Shown here one piece after another: positions 17,620-27,724 of a stretch of DNA of 64,000 bases (positions within the stretch are counted from its first letter, which is position 1; each line of letters starts with the position of its first letter). The notes under the pieces were generated by a model. The model was not told the origin of the DNA, searched no databases, and saw nothing but the letters and a program-made list of their open reading frames with translations. The DNA comes from Deltaproteobacteria bacterium (lineage in GTDB: Bacteria; Desulfobacterota; GWC2-55-46), in contig JACPGB010000016.1 in assembly GCA_016182655.1 (NCBI GenBank), forward strand, positions 3,224 through 67,223. Reading direction: 5' to 3'. Made by a program: the position numbers and the translations under genes.

Positions 17620-18984
17620 CTACCCCTTTCTCTGCGCTTCGAGCATATGGTGTCTTTTGATGATGCTGTGGACCGTCGGCCTGCTGAGACCCAGCTCCTC
17701 GGCGGCCTTGCTTATGTTCCCGTTGTGTTTTTGGATCGCGAGTTGGACGAACTTCACCTCAAGGTCCTCCTTGGCTTTTTTCAGGTCGAGCGAATCCTTC
17801 CTCTCCTCGCCTGGCGCGAAACCGAGGTCCGAGGGCCTTATGACGTGCCCCTCGGCGAAGGTGACGGCCCTCCTGATCCTGTTTTCGAGCTCTCTTACGT
17901 TGCCAGGCCAGTCATGCCCTTTTATAGACTCTATCGCCTCGGTAGACAGATGCCTCGGGTCCTCCGCGTCCGGCGAGAACTTTGCGAGGAGCGATTTCGC
18001 CATTATGACGAGGTCGTCGCCGCGGTCCCGGAGAGGGGGAAGGTCGATAGTGACTACCGCGAGCCTGTAGTAGAGGTCTTCGCGGAACCTGCCCTCGGAG
18101 ATCTGCCTTTTAACTCCCCGGTTGGTTGCGGCGATGACCCTTACGTCCATTTCAAGCGCCCCCCTTCCGCCGACCCGCTCTATCTTGTGGTCCTGCAGGA
18201 ACCGGAGGAGCTTGACCTGCAGCGCGAGCGGGAGTTCCCCGAGCTCGTCCAGGAAAAGCGTGCCGCCCTCGGCGGACTCGATCCTCCCGTTCCTTTGGGC
18301 GTGCGCTCCGGTGAATGCGCCTTTCTCGTGGCCGAAGAGCTCGGTCTCAAGGAGGTTTTCCGGTATAGCCCCGCAGTTTATCGGGACGAAGGGGCTCGAG
18401 CGGCGCGAGCTCTCGTTATGTATCGCCCTCGCGATCAATTCCTTTCCGGTCCCGCTCTCTCCGGTTATGAGGACCGGCACGTCGGTCGCCGCGACCTTCC
18501 TTACGGTCACGAATACGTCGAGCATCTTCTGGTTCGTCCCGATGATCGCGCCGAACTGCGGGGAGACGCTCTCCCTCTGGTGCCTGAAGTATTCGGTCTC
18601 GAGCGTATGGACGTAGTACGCGCGCCTTAATATTATCTTTAGCTCCTCGACGTCGATCGGCTTGGTGAAAAGGTCGTGCGCGCCCGTGGAAATAGCTTTT
18701 AGCGCTTCAGCCCTCCCGGCCATGCCCGTCACTATGATGACCTTCGTCACGGGGTCGTAACTGAGTATCCTCCTTAAGAGGCCCAGGCCGACGGTTGCGT
18801 CCCCGGGGGAGGGCGGCAGGCCGAGATCGAGAGTGACGATAGCCGGCCTTATGCTTGTAAAGACCTGCATGGCGTCTTCCGCGTTCGAGGCGGCGAAGAC
18901 GTTGTAGTCGTCAACGAGCGCCCATTTCATCTGGGAGCTTATCGCTTCGTCGTCCTCTATTATGAGAAGGTCGTGCTTGTGCAT
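17620..18984 (-). CDS. sigma-54-dependent response regulator, PrsR-like (PEP-CTERM-box response regulator family)
   Basis: Intact receiver (LLIIEDDE...TLDLGLPP...DLFTKP), sigma-54 AAA+ domain (GESGTGKE, ETELFGHEKGAFTGA), Fis HTH; adjacent to the GAF histidine kinase. Confidence 0.8.
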   Translation of the reverse strand: MHKHDLLIIEDDEAISSQMKWALVDDYNVFAASNAEDAMQVFTSIRPAIVTLDLGLPPSPGDATVGLGLLRRILSYDPVTKVIIVTGMAGRAEALKAISTGAHDLFTKPIDVEELKIILRRAYYVHTLETEYFRHQRESVSPQFGAIIGTNQKMLDVFVTVRKVAATDVPVLITGESGTGKELIARAIHNESSRRSSPFVPINCGAIPENLLETELFGHEKGAFTGAHAQRNGRIESAEGGTLFLDELGELPLALQVKLLRFLQDHKIERVGGRGALEMDVRVIAATNRGVKRQISEGRFREDLYYRLAVVTIDLPPLRDRGDDLVIMAKSLLAKFSPDAEDPRHLSTEAIESIKGHDWPGNVRELENRIRRAVTFAEGHVIRPSDLGFAPGEERKDSLDLKKAKEDLEVKFVQLAIQKHNGNISKAAEELGLSRPTVHSIIKRHHMLEAQRKG

Positions 18985-19001
18985 TTACCGGCCCCTGTTT
19001 A

Positions 19002-20237
19002 TCAGCACGCCAGACGCTCCCTCTTCAGGGGGAGCTTAAGCGTGAATGAAGCGCCTTCGCCTTCGGAGCTCTCCACCTCTATAGACCCCCCGTGGGCCTC
19101 GAGTATCGCCCTCGAATGGACTAGCCCGACCCCGGACCCGGTCCTCTTTGTCGTGTTGAACGGCCTCCAGAGGCATGTCTCGGCAAAGGCGCGGCTTATG
19201 CCCCTGCCGTTGTCCGATATCGTTATGACGAGGCTTTCGGCGTCGAAGGCGCACTCTATGGATATCCTGCCGTTGTTCGGAAGCGCGTCGCAGGCGTTCT
19301 TGACGATGTTCAGGAATACGCTTTCCATGGCCTCAGGGTCGATATCGACCTGCGGAGGCTCCCCGGTGGAAAGGTCGAGGCGGATGCGCTTGCAATCGAG
19401 CTCGCGCTTAAGTTTCTCAAGGGCGCGCCTTATGCAATCCGAGATGTCCGTAGAGCGCCTGTCCAGCACTATTGCGCGCGGCGGGTCCCCGAGCCGCTCG
19501 ATGAGCCTTTTCATCCGTCCGACGGAAGCGTCAATGGCGGTTATGGCGTCCCTCTGGAACTCGGGTCTCGTGATGTTCGTGCGCGCGTTCTGGCTGACGA
19601 GCGAGAGGGCGTTGGCGAGGTTCTTGAGGTCATGGAGGATGAACGAGGACATCCTGTGGCGCACCTCGGCCTCCCTTGCGGACGAGAGCTGGTCCCGGAG
19701 CATGATGTTCCTTATTTGAGAGGCGGCATGCGTCGAGAGGGCCCTCAGGAGGTCGACGTCGTCGGCGCAGTAGGGGACTCCTGAAACGCCGGGGCCGAGG
19801 AGGATGAGCCCGACGACCTCGTTCGTCGTCGCCATTGGCGCGCAAAGCTCGGCCCCGATGGACGACCCGAGCTCCCCGACCCCGGGGAGGGCCGAAGGTT
19901 CTTTCATCGAAAAGGGCTTGAGACGCGCCCTCGCGTGCTTGACGACCGGGTGGGCGGACGGTATCTCAAACCCCGTCGATTCGTCGCGATAGACTCGCCC
20001 GGCCCTCTCAAGGACGAGGACCGCAACAGAGCTCGCCCCGAGGTATTCGGCGAGCATCCCGGAAATAGACGAGCTTATCTCCCTTGAGTCCATATCCGGG
20101 CTGAGGAGGTCGATAGACTCCATCCACCTGTCCCTGAACTCGTGCCTCTGCCTGAAGAAGTTCCTGCTGATGAATATCCCGGCCCTCTGCCTGAGCCTCT
20201 CGGCGTATAGGAGGAGAAAGTGGATGTAAGAGCTCAT
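19002..20237 (-). CDS. GAF-domain sensor histidine kinase, PrsK-like but lacking a membrane domain
   Basis: GAF region followed by H-box (SFILHDLKNLANAL) and HATPase_c (N, G1, G2 boxes: NIVKNACDAL...DNGRGI...GSGVGL); no predicted TM segments; in-frame stop 35 codons upstream of the ATG. Confidence 0.8.
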   Translation of the reverse strand: MSSYIHFLLLYAERLRQRAGIFISRNFFRQRHEFRDRWMESIDLLSPDMDSREISSSISGMLAEYLGASSVAVLVLERAGRVYRDESTGFEIPSAHPVVKHARARLKPFSMKEPSALPGVGELGSSIGAELCAPMATTNEVVGLILLGPGVSGVPYCADDVDLLRALSTHAASQIRNIMLRDQLSSAREAEVRHRMSSFILHDLKNLANALSLVSQNARTNITRPEFQRDAITAIDASVGRMKRLIERLGDPPRAIVLDRRSTDISDCIRRALEKLKRELDCKRIRLDLSTGEPPQVDIDPEAMESVFLNIVKNACDALPNNGRISIECAFDAESLVITISDNGRGISRAFAETCLWRPFNTTKRTGSGVGLVHSRAILEAHGGSIEVESSEGEGASFTLKLPLKRERLAC

Positions 20238-20519
20238 TATTGTATCGCTTTCCGTTTGTTCCCGGTGATGGAGGTCACATACCCATGACGGACTATCGAC
20301 TACAATACTCAGGAAAAATCGTAGCTTTATTAACGCCTTTGCTCAGAGCAAACCCGGGGAAACCCGGCGACGCAGAGCAACGGGACTAAAGAAGCCCCCT
20401 GTACCTGACGCTCTCTCCACCGCTCGCACAAATTCGATTTCACCGGCTTCCATGTCGGCCGAGCCGCCAAAGGGGATACCCTTTTGGCGGTTTTTTTTTA
20501 GAAAGAAGGAGGATGACTG

Positions 20520-22325
20520 ATGCACAGAAGAAACCGTTTTATCGCCCTTGCGGCAGGTGCGGCCCTTTTCATGCTGACCGTCCCTGGTCTCGCGTTCGCC
20601 GGGCAGGCAACGCTCACGTGGAGCGCTCCGACGACCAACACGAACGGGAGCGCGCTTACGGACCTCGCGGGATACAAGGTCCATTACGGAACGGCCTCGG
20701 GGTCGTATACGAATTCGATCGATGCCGGGAACGCGACGGTTTACACGATCTCCAATCTGGCCGAGGGATATACCTACTACTTTGCGGTAACGGCCTACAA
20801 TGCGTCGGGGGGCGAGAGCTCGTATTCTGCCGAGAAGTCCAAACAGGTCGTCCCGGACACCGCGGGGCCTTCGATAACCGGCGTATACTCGACCGACGTT
20901 ACCATGAACGGGGTGACCATCGGGTGGGCGACGGATGAGGCGTCCGACGCGCAGGTGGAGTACGGGACGACCACGGACTACGGCTCGACCACCGCGCGTA
21001 ACGGGACCATTACGACGGCGCACAGCCAGGCACTCTCGGGCCTGCAGTCCTCGACCACGTACAACTACAGGGTCATGAGCTCTGACGCCGCCGGCAACTC
21101 GTCCGTTTCCGGCAACTACACCTTTACTACCATCGCCTCGGCGGACACCGGGGCGCCGGTCATCACCAACGTGCGCGCAACCGATATCACGGCCTCCGGA
21201 GCGTCCATAAAGTGGGAGACCGACGAGCCGTCCTCGACCGAGGTGACTTACTCGGCGGGAGGAGCGGACTCATACTCCGATCGATCCCTGACCACGGTCC
21301 ACACGGCGGTCCTCTCGGGGCTTAGCGGGTTCACATCCTACAGCTTCACCGTCAAGTCCGTTGACGCGGCGGGCAATGCCGCCACCTCGGCCGGGACGTT
21401 CAAGACCTCAAACACCGCGCCGTCCGTATCGCTTGCCTCGTCGGTTGCGAGCGGCACGATACCGCTTGCGGCCGAGTTCACCGCAACGGCGGCCGACGCC
21501 GACGGCGCCGTGGTCAAATACGAGTGGGACTTTGACGGCGACGGCGTATACGACGCGGATACCGGCTCGGTCCCGTCCGCCTCCAACACCTATTCCGGCG
21601 TGGGCAACTATAACGCGCGTGTAAGGGTGACGGACGACGGCGGGGCGTTTGCGGAATCCGGTTTCGTCGCGATATCCGCCGAATCGGCGACCAACAAGCC
21701 GCCGGTAATAGCCGGCATCCTGGCGAGCATCGTGAGGTCGTTGACGGTCGAGTTCGACATATCGGCGTCCGACTCGAACGGCGGCGTCATAGTCTCGTTC
21801 AAGTGGGACTTCGACGGCAACGGGACGATAGACGCGACCACTTCCACCGCGCCCGCGCAGTATACGTACAAGTCCGCGGGGACGTATAACCCCGTTGTGA
21901 CGGTCACCGACGACCAGGGCGGCGTTGCGAAGGCGATGACGACGGTGACCGTGACGGAGGCGTCAACAGGGGCGACCGAGGAACAGCCCTCGTCCTCGAC
22001 GGGCGGCTCGTCGGCCAAGGGCGGCGGGTGCTTCATAGCGACCGTAGCCTACGGCAGTTATCTCGAGCCCGAGGTCGTGGTGCTCCGCAAGTTCAGGGAC
22101 AACGTCCTCCTTGCGAACCCTCTCGGCAGGTCGTTCGTGTCGGTCTATTACAGGTTCTCGCCGCCGGTAGCGGAGTTCATCTCGAGGCATGAGACGCTCC
22201 GCGGCGCCGCAAGGGCCGCGCTTACTCCGCTTGTCATGTCCATCAAGCACCCGCAGGCAGCGCTCGCGGTCCTCATGTCGCTCGGTGTCGGCGTAGCCGT
22301 GTTCGTCAGGCTCCGGGACCGGTAA
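20520..22325 (+). CDS. secreted multidomain protein: 3 fibronectin-III-like + 2 PKD-like domains, Ser/Thr-rich linker, conserved Cys-containing C-terminal domain with hydrophobic/basic tail
   Basis: Signal peptide [27 protein letters not shown]; repeated [25 protein letters not shown]3-like units; [13 protein letters not shown] and [16 protein letters not shown] signatures; C-terminus [30 protein letters not shown]...[21 protein letters not shown]; RBS aaggagg. Confidence 0.8.
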   Translation: MHRRNRFIALAAGAALFMLTVPGLAFAGQATLTWSAPTTNTNGSALTDLAGYKVHYGTASGSYTNSIDAGNATVYTISNLAEGYTYYFAVTAYNASGGESSYSAEKSKQVVPDTAGPSITGVYSTDVTMNGVTIGWATDEASDAQVEYGTTTDYGSTTARNGTITTAHSQALSGLQSSTTYNYRVMSSDAAGNSSVSGNYTFTTIASADTGAPVITNVRATDITASGASIKWETDEPSSTEVTYSAGGADSYSDRSLTTVHTAVLSGLSGFTSYSFTVKSVDAAGNAATSAGTFKTSNTAPSVSLASSVASGTIPLAAEFTATAADADGAVVKYEWDFDGDGVYDADTGSVPSASNTYSGVGNYNARVRVTDDGGAFAESGFVAISAESATNKPPVIAGILASIVRSLTVEFDISASDSNGGVIVSFKWDFDGNGTIDATTSTAPAQYTYKSAGTYNPVVTVTDDQGGVAKAMTTVTVTEASTGATEEQPSSSTGGSSAKGGGCFIATVAYGSYLEPEVVVLRKFRDNVLLANPLGRSFVSVYYRFSPPVAEFISRHETLRGAARAALTPLVMSIKHPQAALAVLMSLGVGVAVFVRLRDR

Positions 22326-22347
22326 GAAGGGCGGGCCTTTCGCCATG

Positions 22348-22386
22348 GCCCTGCGCCCCCTGGGGGGCGCAGGGCTTTTTGTTTTC
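22348..22386 (+). terminator. rho-independent terminator after the FN3/PKD gene
   Basis: gccctgcgcccc-ctgg-ggggcgcagggc hairpin followed by tttttgttttc. Confidence 0.55.
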
Positions 22387-23242
22387 AGGATCTCCCCCTC
22401 TCGGCCTTTCTTATAGCCCACGCGACGAGGGCGAGGGTGGAGAGGGCGAGGAGGAAGAAAAGCAGGCCGCCCCGCGTATGGAGGCTCCCGTGGAGAGTCC
22501 GCTCGTCCCAGTAAAGTCCGAGGAGCGTAAGCGTTGTTATGCGGAGACTGTTCTTGAGGACGGTTATGGGTAAGACTGAAAGCAGGAGAGCGGCCTTGCC
22601 CGCGTAAGACCTTAGATACATTTGAGAGGCAACGGAACCGGTGATGACGAGCACGAGGCTCGACCTTATCCCGCTACACTCCTTCGCGACCTCTATGGAG
22701 AGCCCTGGGAAGCGCAGGACGAAACCGTCCCTCGTGACCGGGACGCCTGCGGCCTTTACGATCGCGTGAACGGCATCCGTCGAGAGCGACTGGAGCGCGT
22801 ATATGATGGCGTCCATCGCCGCTACCGGCAGTGGTATCATGAAGACGAGAAAGAACACCGGAAAGGCCCCGGCCTTAAGCGATCTGGCGCCGAACGAGAC
22901 GACGAACGCCCCGAGTATGAAAAGGAAGAGGGACGCCAGAGATGCCGAGATATAGTCGTTCCTCCCAAGCGTCTCTCTAAACGCCAGCGATAGCATATGG
23001 ACGGCCGCGCCGGCGCAGTAGACAGCCGCGCCCGCGGCATGTCCGTTTTGAGCGTCCCTGAATACCGCCGCCCTTCTCTTTATGAAAAAATACGCGCTTA
23101 TGAACGGGACTATGAGGATGTGTGAGTATAATTCCGAGGCGTATATCCACGCCGCCTGTTCCCGGAGCGCGTAGAGCACGGCAAAGGACCCGGCCCCGGC
23201 CAGAAGGCAGAACTTGAGAACCGGCCCTTTCGCCCTGGTCAT
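22385..23242 (-). CDS. exosortase (XrtA/EpsH family), core-only form
   Basis: Eight predicted TM segments; active-site-type motif EVAKECSGIRS and the N/R-containing motif VLKNSLRITTLTLLG characteristic of the exosortase/archaeosortase family. Confidence 0.8.
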   Translation of the reverse strand: MTRAKGPVLKFCLLAGAGSFAVLYALREQAAWIYASELYSHILIVPFISAYFFIKRRAAVFRDAQNGHAAGAAVYCAGAAVHMLSLAFRETLGRNDYISASLASLFLFILGAFVVSFGARSLKAGAFPVFFLVFMIPLPVAAMDAIIYALQSLSTDAVHAIVKAAGVPVTRDGFVLRFPGLSIEVAKECSGIRSSLVLVITGSVASQMYLRSYAGKAALLLSVLPITVLKNSLRITTLTLLGLYWDERTLHGSLHTRGGLLFFLLALSTLALVAWAIRKAERGRS

Positions 23243-24423
23243 GCCGTAAGGAGCCTGGTTTTAAGCCCCATGCCTTTTACGAGCGCCCAGATCTCCTCGA
23301 TGTAGACGGGGTTCATGACTATGATTATCTCGGGCCTGTATTCGGCGAGGAACCCGGGGCCGACGATCTCCTGCGCGGAGACCGGCACGAAGGTCCCGTG
23401 CTTGTGCGGGTTTATGTCGACGACGTACTCTATCCCCCCGGTCTTGAGGATGTTCAGAAAGGTGGTCCCTTTGGACCCGGCCCCCCATACGACCGCGCGT
23501 GCCGAGCTCGCCTCTATCTCCTTAAGCGCGGAGTTCCATGATACGACCTTTATCCTGTACCTGTCGGCAAAGGCGGCAACCTCCGCCCTGAGGGCGTTTA
23601 TGGCCGACGCATCCTGTCGTGAGGGACTCGCGGACGACGGGCTCGCTTCAACCGAGATGAACTGCCCGTCGAAGGATTCCGAGAGCTCCGTCACCTCGAA
23701 CGAGCAGGTCCTTAAAAGCGAGACCAGCGAGGCCTTCGTGAAGTAGGAGGCGTGCTCGTATATGACGTCCCAGTATTTTTTCTCCCGGAGCATGTAATCG
23801 GCGTTCGGCACCTCCACGTAAACGCTCGTGGAGCGCCTGCCGCCGAGAACGCTCCGGATCATCGTCAGGAACTCCTTCGGGTTGGAGAGGTGCTCGAGGA
23901 CGTGCCTGCAGATGAGCATGTCGCAGGCCGCAGGGGTGTTTTTTTCGGAGTACATCTCGTTGACGAAGACGACCTTGTCGTTGTCCCTGTTCTCGTCCCT
24001 CTCGCATATGTAGGTCGGGTCGAAGCCGACGCCTCGGTTGCCGCCGAGATCGCAGATGAGGTTCAGAAAATCGCCTTTGCCGGAGCCGATCTCCACGACC
24101 TCCTTGTTATAGAGGTTATGCCGCTCGATGAGCCCGACGGCAAGCGACCTCGCGTAGTCCTGGAAGAGGGGAGAGAAGTGGAGCGAGTTCTCGTATTCAG
24201 CCGTGTATTCCACGGGGCGGGGCGAGTACCTGGCGTTCTGTACGTGCCCGCATACGGAGCAGAAGCCGAGCGCGACGTCGCCTTTCGCCGCTCCGAGCGC
24301 GTCCTTCCTCGCGGCATGCAGGATATTGGCGTTGACCGGGACGCCGCTCACCTCGAGAAAGAGATCCACGCTCGAGGACGCGCACCCCTTGCATGTCCAT
24401 TTGCCTACCGGTTTCAATCGCAC
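23239..24423 (-). CDS. class I SAM-dependent methyltransferase with N-terminal CxxC...CxxC zinc ribbon and C-methyltransferase-type C-terminal domain (paralog 1 of 3)
   Basis: CKGC...CSVC zinc ribbon, SAM motif VVEIGSGKGDFL, C-terminal Rossmann-like VVWGAGSKG segment; architecture of the TylC3/TcaB9-like sugar methyltransferase family. Confidence 0.75.
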   Translation of the reverse strand: MRLKPVGKWTCKGCASSSVDLFLEVSGVPVNANILHAARKDALGAAKGDVALGFCSVCGHVQNARYSPRPVEYTAEYENSLHFSPLFQDYARSLAVGLIERHNLYNKEVVEIGSGKGDFLNLICDLGGNRGVGFDPTYICERDENRDNDKVVFVNEMYSEKNTPAACDMLICRHVLEHLSNPKEFLTMIRSVLGGRRSTSVYVEVPNADYMLREKKYWDVIYEHASYFTKASLVSLLRTCSFEVTELSESFDGQFISVEASPSSASPSRQDASAINALRAEVAAFADRYRIKVVSWNSALKEIEASSARAVVWGAGSKGTTFLNILKTGGIEYVVDINPHKHGTFVPVSAQEIVGPGFLAEYRPEIIIVMNPVYIEEIWALVKGMGLKTRLLTA

Positions 24424-24428
24424 TCCCG

Positions 24429-25655
24429 TTAGAGCGTTATCAATGCCGGCTCGATTGCGAGACTCGCGAGCTCAAGCCGTATCTCGTCCCTGTAGACGGG
24501 GTTTACCGCTATGACGGCGTCGGGCTTGTAGTCCCTGAGGAACGACGGCCCGACGATCTCATGCCCTGTTCCCGCCACGAAGGTCCCCTGCCTGTAGGGG
24601 TTTATGTCCACGACGAAGCCGACCTCGTCCGTTATTCCGAGTGTCGTCAGAAACGCCGCCGCCTTGGAGCCCGACCCCCAGAGGACCGTCCTGTAGCCGG
24701 TGGAATGGAAGTCCTTGAGCTTCTTTTTCCATATGGAGATCTTTTGCGCGTTGTTCTCGGCGAAGTACCTGACCGCGAACTTGAGGGATTCGAGCTCCTG
24801 GCGTCCCGCAAGGGCCTCGGGCACGGAAACATCGCCGGGCCTCGCCTCGCAGATGATGTACTGCCCGTCGTAGTCCTTCTTGACGTCAGTCACCAGAAAG
24901 CCGCACCGGCTCAAAAGCGATCTCAGCGAGTATGTCGAGTAATACGAGCAGTGCTCGTAGTATATGTCCCAGAACGCGAGCTCGTAGAGGACGCGGGTCG
25001 TGTCGGGGACCTGAAAAAAGAGCGCCGAGCCGGGCCTTTTGCCTGCCGAGGAGCGTATGGCCGAGAGGAGCTCCCCGGGCCTGCCCACGTGCTCAAGCGT
25101 CATCTTGCAGACGATAAGGTCGGCGCCGACTTCCGCGTACTTGTCCGAATAGAAGTCGCTTACGAATCTTACCCTGTCGCCCTGTCTTGAGTCCCACCCG
25201 GCGGAATAGGCCGGGTCGAAGCCCACGCCGGTGTTCTCTCCGAGCTCGCAGAGAAGGTTCAGGAACTCGCCCTTGCCGCAGCCTATCTCCATGATCTCCT
25301 TATTCCGGAGCTTGTAGCGACTTACGAGCCCCTCCGCGAGGGTCCGGGAAAACTTCGAGAAGGTCGGAGAGAAGCCCTGGGACTCCTCGCATTTGGGTGA
25401 ATACCGCTGTAGCGACGGGTCGTAGGCGGCGTTCGATATGAAGCCGCACCTTTCGCAGAAGGCGAGCGCGATGTCGCCTCTCCTGAAGTTCTGCGCCTCC
25501 TCCTTCGTCTCCATGAGGAGCACGCTGTGCACCGGGACGCCCTTCTGCCGGTAGAATACCTCGGTATTTGCGCACCCGCACGCGGCGCAGGATTTCCTTG
25601 CGGTCGAGGCATTCGCGGCGCGGCGCGTCTTTCCGATCATAGCTTTCTCCATCAC
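24429..25655 (-). CDS. class I SAM-dependent methyltransferase, Zn-ribbon type (paralog 2 of 3)
   Basis: CAACGC...CERCG zinc ribbon, IMEIGCGKGEFL SAM motif, VLWGSGSKA C-terminal motif; clearly paralogous to the neighbours. Confidence 0.75.
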   Translation of the reverse strand: MMEKAMIGKTRRAANASTARKSCAACGCANTEVFYRQKGVPVHSVLLMETKEEAQNFRRGDIALAFCERCGFISNAAYDPSLQRYSPKCEESQGFSPTFSKFSRTLAEGLVSRYKLRNKEIMEIGCGKGEFLNLLCELGENTGVGFDPAYSAGWDSRQGDRVRFVSDFYSDKYAEVGADLIVCKMTLEHVGRPGELLSAIRSSAGKRPGSALFFQVPDTTRVLYELAFWDIYYEHCSYYSTYSLRSLLSRCGFLVTDVKKDYDGQYIICEARPGDVSVPEALAGRQELESLKFAVRYFAENNAQKISIWKKKLKDFHSTGYRTVLWGSGSKAAAFLTTLGITDEVGFVVDINPYRQGTFVAGTGHEIVGPSFLRDYKPDAVIAVNPVYRDEIRLELASLAIEPALITL

Positions 25656-25682
25656 ATACCTCTTGTTTTTTTTAAGCGGCTG

Positions 25683-26912
25683 TTATTCTATCTTCCAGAC
25701 CGGCAGGGGCAGTATGAACCTGCCGCCCCGCCTCCTGTACTCGTCCTGCTGTCTTATGATCTCCTCGGCGAAGTTCCAGGCGAGGATGAGCACATAGTCG
25801 GGCATGAGCTCGGTTATACGCTCCGGGCCGCAGATAGGGATGCGCTTGCCGGGCATGAACCGCCCCTGCTTGTGGATGTTCCGGTCCGCGACGAAGTCTA
25901 TCGTCTCCCGGCCCAATCCTATATAGTTGAGGAGCGTCGAGCCCTTGGCCGCCGCGCCGTAAGCGGCGATCCTCTTGCCGCTTTCCTTGAGGCCCGTGAG
26001 CATGTTCCTGAGGCCGATCTTGATGTTCCGCACCTTGAGCCCGAAGTCGTCGTAGTACGCGAACGAATCCACCCCGGAGTCCGACTCTTCAGCGAGCATG
26101 TCTCTGACGGATGCGCCCGCGTCGTCCTTCCTCCCGGCGTATATGCGGAGCGACCCGCCGTGGATCCCGAGCCGCTTGACGTCGTTTATGTAGAGCGCGT
26201 GCCTTCTAAAGAGGTTATTGAGCGACGTGAGCGAGAAATAACAGAGGTGCTCGTGGTAGATGGTGTCGAACTCGCAGTTGTCGATCAAGTCCTTTACGTA
26301 CGGCACCTCCATCACGGCTACGCCGTCATCCTTGAGGAGCGTCCTTACGCCGTCGAGGAAACCGTTCGTGTCGGCGACGTGCGCGAGCACGTTGTTCGCG
26401 ATGACCGCGTCGGCGGCCCTTCCGAGGCTACGGAGGTCCTCGGCGAGCTCTTTCGTGAAGAAGGCGGTGAGCGTCGGGACGCCGGAATCCTCCGCCGCCC
26501 TCGCGGGCCCCTCCGCCGGGTCTATGCCGAGGCAGGGGACGCCGGACTTAACGAAGTTTTTGAGAAGATACCCGTCGTTGGAGGCGATCTCCACGACAAG
26601 GCTTTCAGGCCCGAGCCCACGGGACTCGATCAGCCCCAGCGCGTTCTCCCTCGAATGATCAAGCAGGGCGTCGGAGAACGACGAATAATACGGATAGTCC
26701 CTGCAAAAGAGCACGTCAGGCGGTACGGTCTCGAGTATCTGCATGAGGGAGCAGGCCGGGCAGAACGCCGCCTCGAGCGGATAGACCCGCTCGGCGGAGT
26801 TGAGGTCGTCTCTCGTCAGGAGCGCGTCGGCCAGCGGGGTGTTCCCGAGGTCGAGCACGGATTTAAGCCCCCTGGAGCCGCAAGAGCGGCAGTTTCTTTC
26901 TTCCATGTCCAT
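25683..26912 (-). CDS. class I SAM-dependent methyltransferase, Zn-ribbon type (paralog 3 of 3)
   Basis: CRSCGS...CPAC zinc ribbon, VVEIASNDGYLL SAM motif, AAYGAAAKGS C-terminal motif; start placed at internal Met (MDMEERNC) to avoid overlap with the upstream gene. Confidence 0.7.
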   Translation of the reverse strand: MDMEERNCRSCGSRGLKSVLDLGNTPLADALLTRDDLNSAERVYPLEAAFCPACSLMQILETVPPDVLFCRDYPYYSSFSDALLDHSRENALGLIESRGLGPESLVVEIASNDGYLLKNFVKSGVPCLGIDPAEGPARAAEDSGVPTLTAFFTKELAEDLRSLGRAADAVIANNVLAHVADTNGFLDGVRTLLKDDGVAVMEVPYVKDLIDNCEFDTIYHEHLCYFSLTSLNNLFRRHALYINDVKRLGIHGGSLRIYAGRKDDAGASVRDMLAEESDSGVDSFAYYDDFGLKVRNIKIGLRNMLTGLKESGKRIAAYGAAAKGSTLLNYIGLGRETIDFVADRNIHKQGRFMPGKRIPICGPERITELMPDYVLILAWNFAEEIIRQQDEYRRRGGRFILPLPVWKIE

Positions 26913-26938
26913 CAGGCCCTCCTCGCGGTGTCCTTCGT

Positions 26939-27706
26939 TTACCATATCTTCCATGGCGCCTGGTCCGTTTCCCATAGCTTTTCAAGGAGGCGCTTGTCCC
27001 TTAACGTGTCCATGCACTGCCAGAACGAGGCGTGGTGGAAGGCCATGAGCTCTCCCTCCCTTGCGAGCGCCTCCAGGGGCTCCTTCTCCCACTGTGTCTC
27101 GTCCCCGTCTATGTACTGGAAGACCTCGGGTTCGAGGACGAAGAACGCGCCGTTTATCCACCCCTCGGCCGTCTGCGGTTTCTCGGAGAACTCGGAGACG
27201 CGCGACCCGTCGAGCTTCAGATGCCCGAAACGGGCCGGAGGCCTGACGGCCGTAAGTGTCGCGAGTTTTCCATGCGACCTGTGGAAAGAGAGGAGCGCGT
27301 TAAGGTCGACGTCGGCCACCCCGTCACCCCAGGTGAGCATGAAGGTCTTGTTCCCGACCCACGTGGAGAGCCGCTTTATCCTGCCGCCGGTAAGGGTAGC
27401 CGCGCCGGTGTCCACGAGGTCGACGGTCCAGTCGGGGACGTTCCCTCCGGAGAGCTCCACCTCTCCGGTCCCCATCTTCACGGTCATGTTGCTGTTCAGC
27501 GCGGAGTACTCCTTCATCCAGCGCTTTATGTACTCGCCCTTGTAGCCGAGCGCGATCACGAAGTCCTTGAAGCCGTAGCAGGCGTAGTACATCATGATGT
27601 GCCAGAGTATCGGCCTGTTGCCGATCTCTACCATCGGCTTCGGTTTCAACTCGGTCTCTTCCGAGAGGCGGGAGCCGACCCCGCCGGCAAGTATCGCTAT
27701 CTTCAT
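26939..27706 (-). CDS. rfbF: glucose-1-phosphate cytidylyltransferase
   Basis: MKIAILAGGVGSRLSEETELKPKPMVEIGNRPILWHIMMYYACYGFKDF matches the RfbF/DdhA N-terminus almost residue-for-residue; full-length family similarity. Confidence 0.85.
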   Translation of the reverse strand: MKIAILAGGVGSRLSEETELKPKPMVEIGNRPILWHIMMYYACYGFKDFVIALGYKGEYIKRWMKEYSALNSNMTVKMGTGEVELSGGNVPDWTVDLVDTGAATLTGGRIKRLSTWVGNKTFMLTWGDGVADVDLNALLSFHRSHGKLATLTAVRPPARFGHLKLDGSRVSEFSEKPQTAEGWINGAFFVLEPEVFQYIDGDETQWEKEPLEALAREGELMAFHHASFWQCMDTLRDKRLLEKLWETDQAPWKIW

Positions 27707-27724
27707 CTCACGCACCTCGTTCGT

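Noticed and set aside
20238-20519. Searched for a sigma-54 promoter upstream of the FN3/PKD gene and the kinase operon
   Set aside because: No TGGCAC-N5-TTGC match was seen on either strand, only a T9 tract and short direct repeats (cagagcaa). The promoter type is left unassigned.
20343-21023. 226-aa Arg-rich minus-strand ORF and 141-aa plus-strand ORF (20513-20938)
   Set aside because: Both overlap the FN3/PKD gene in other frames. The plus-strand one starts at an out-of-frame ATG 7 bp upstream of the real start. Neither has a signal peptide or domain features.
25527-27545. 672-aa plus-strand ORF
   Set aside because: It is antisense to methyltransferase paralog 3 and rfbF, both of which have strong family signatures. 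Long open antisense frames are expected at this GC content.
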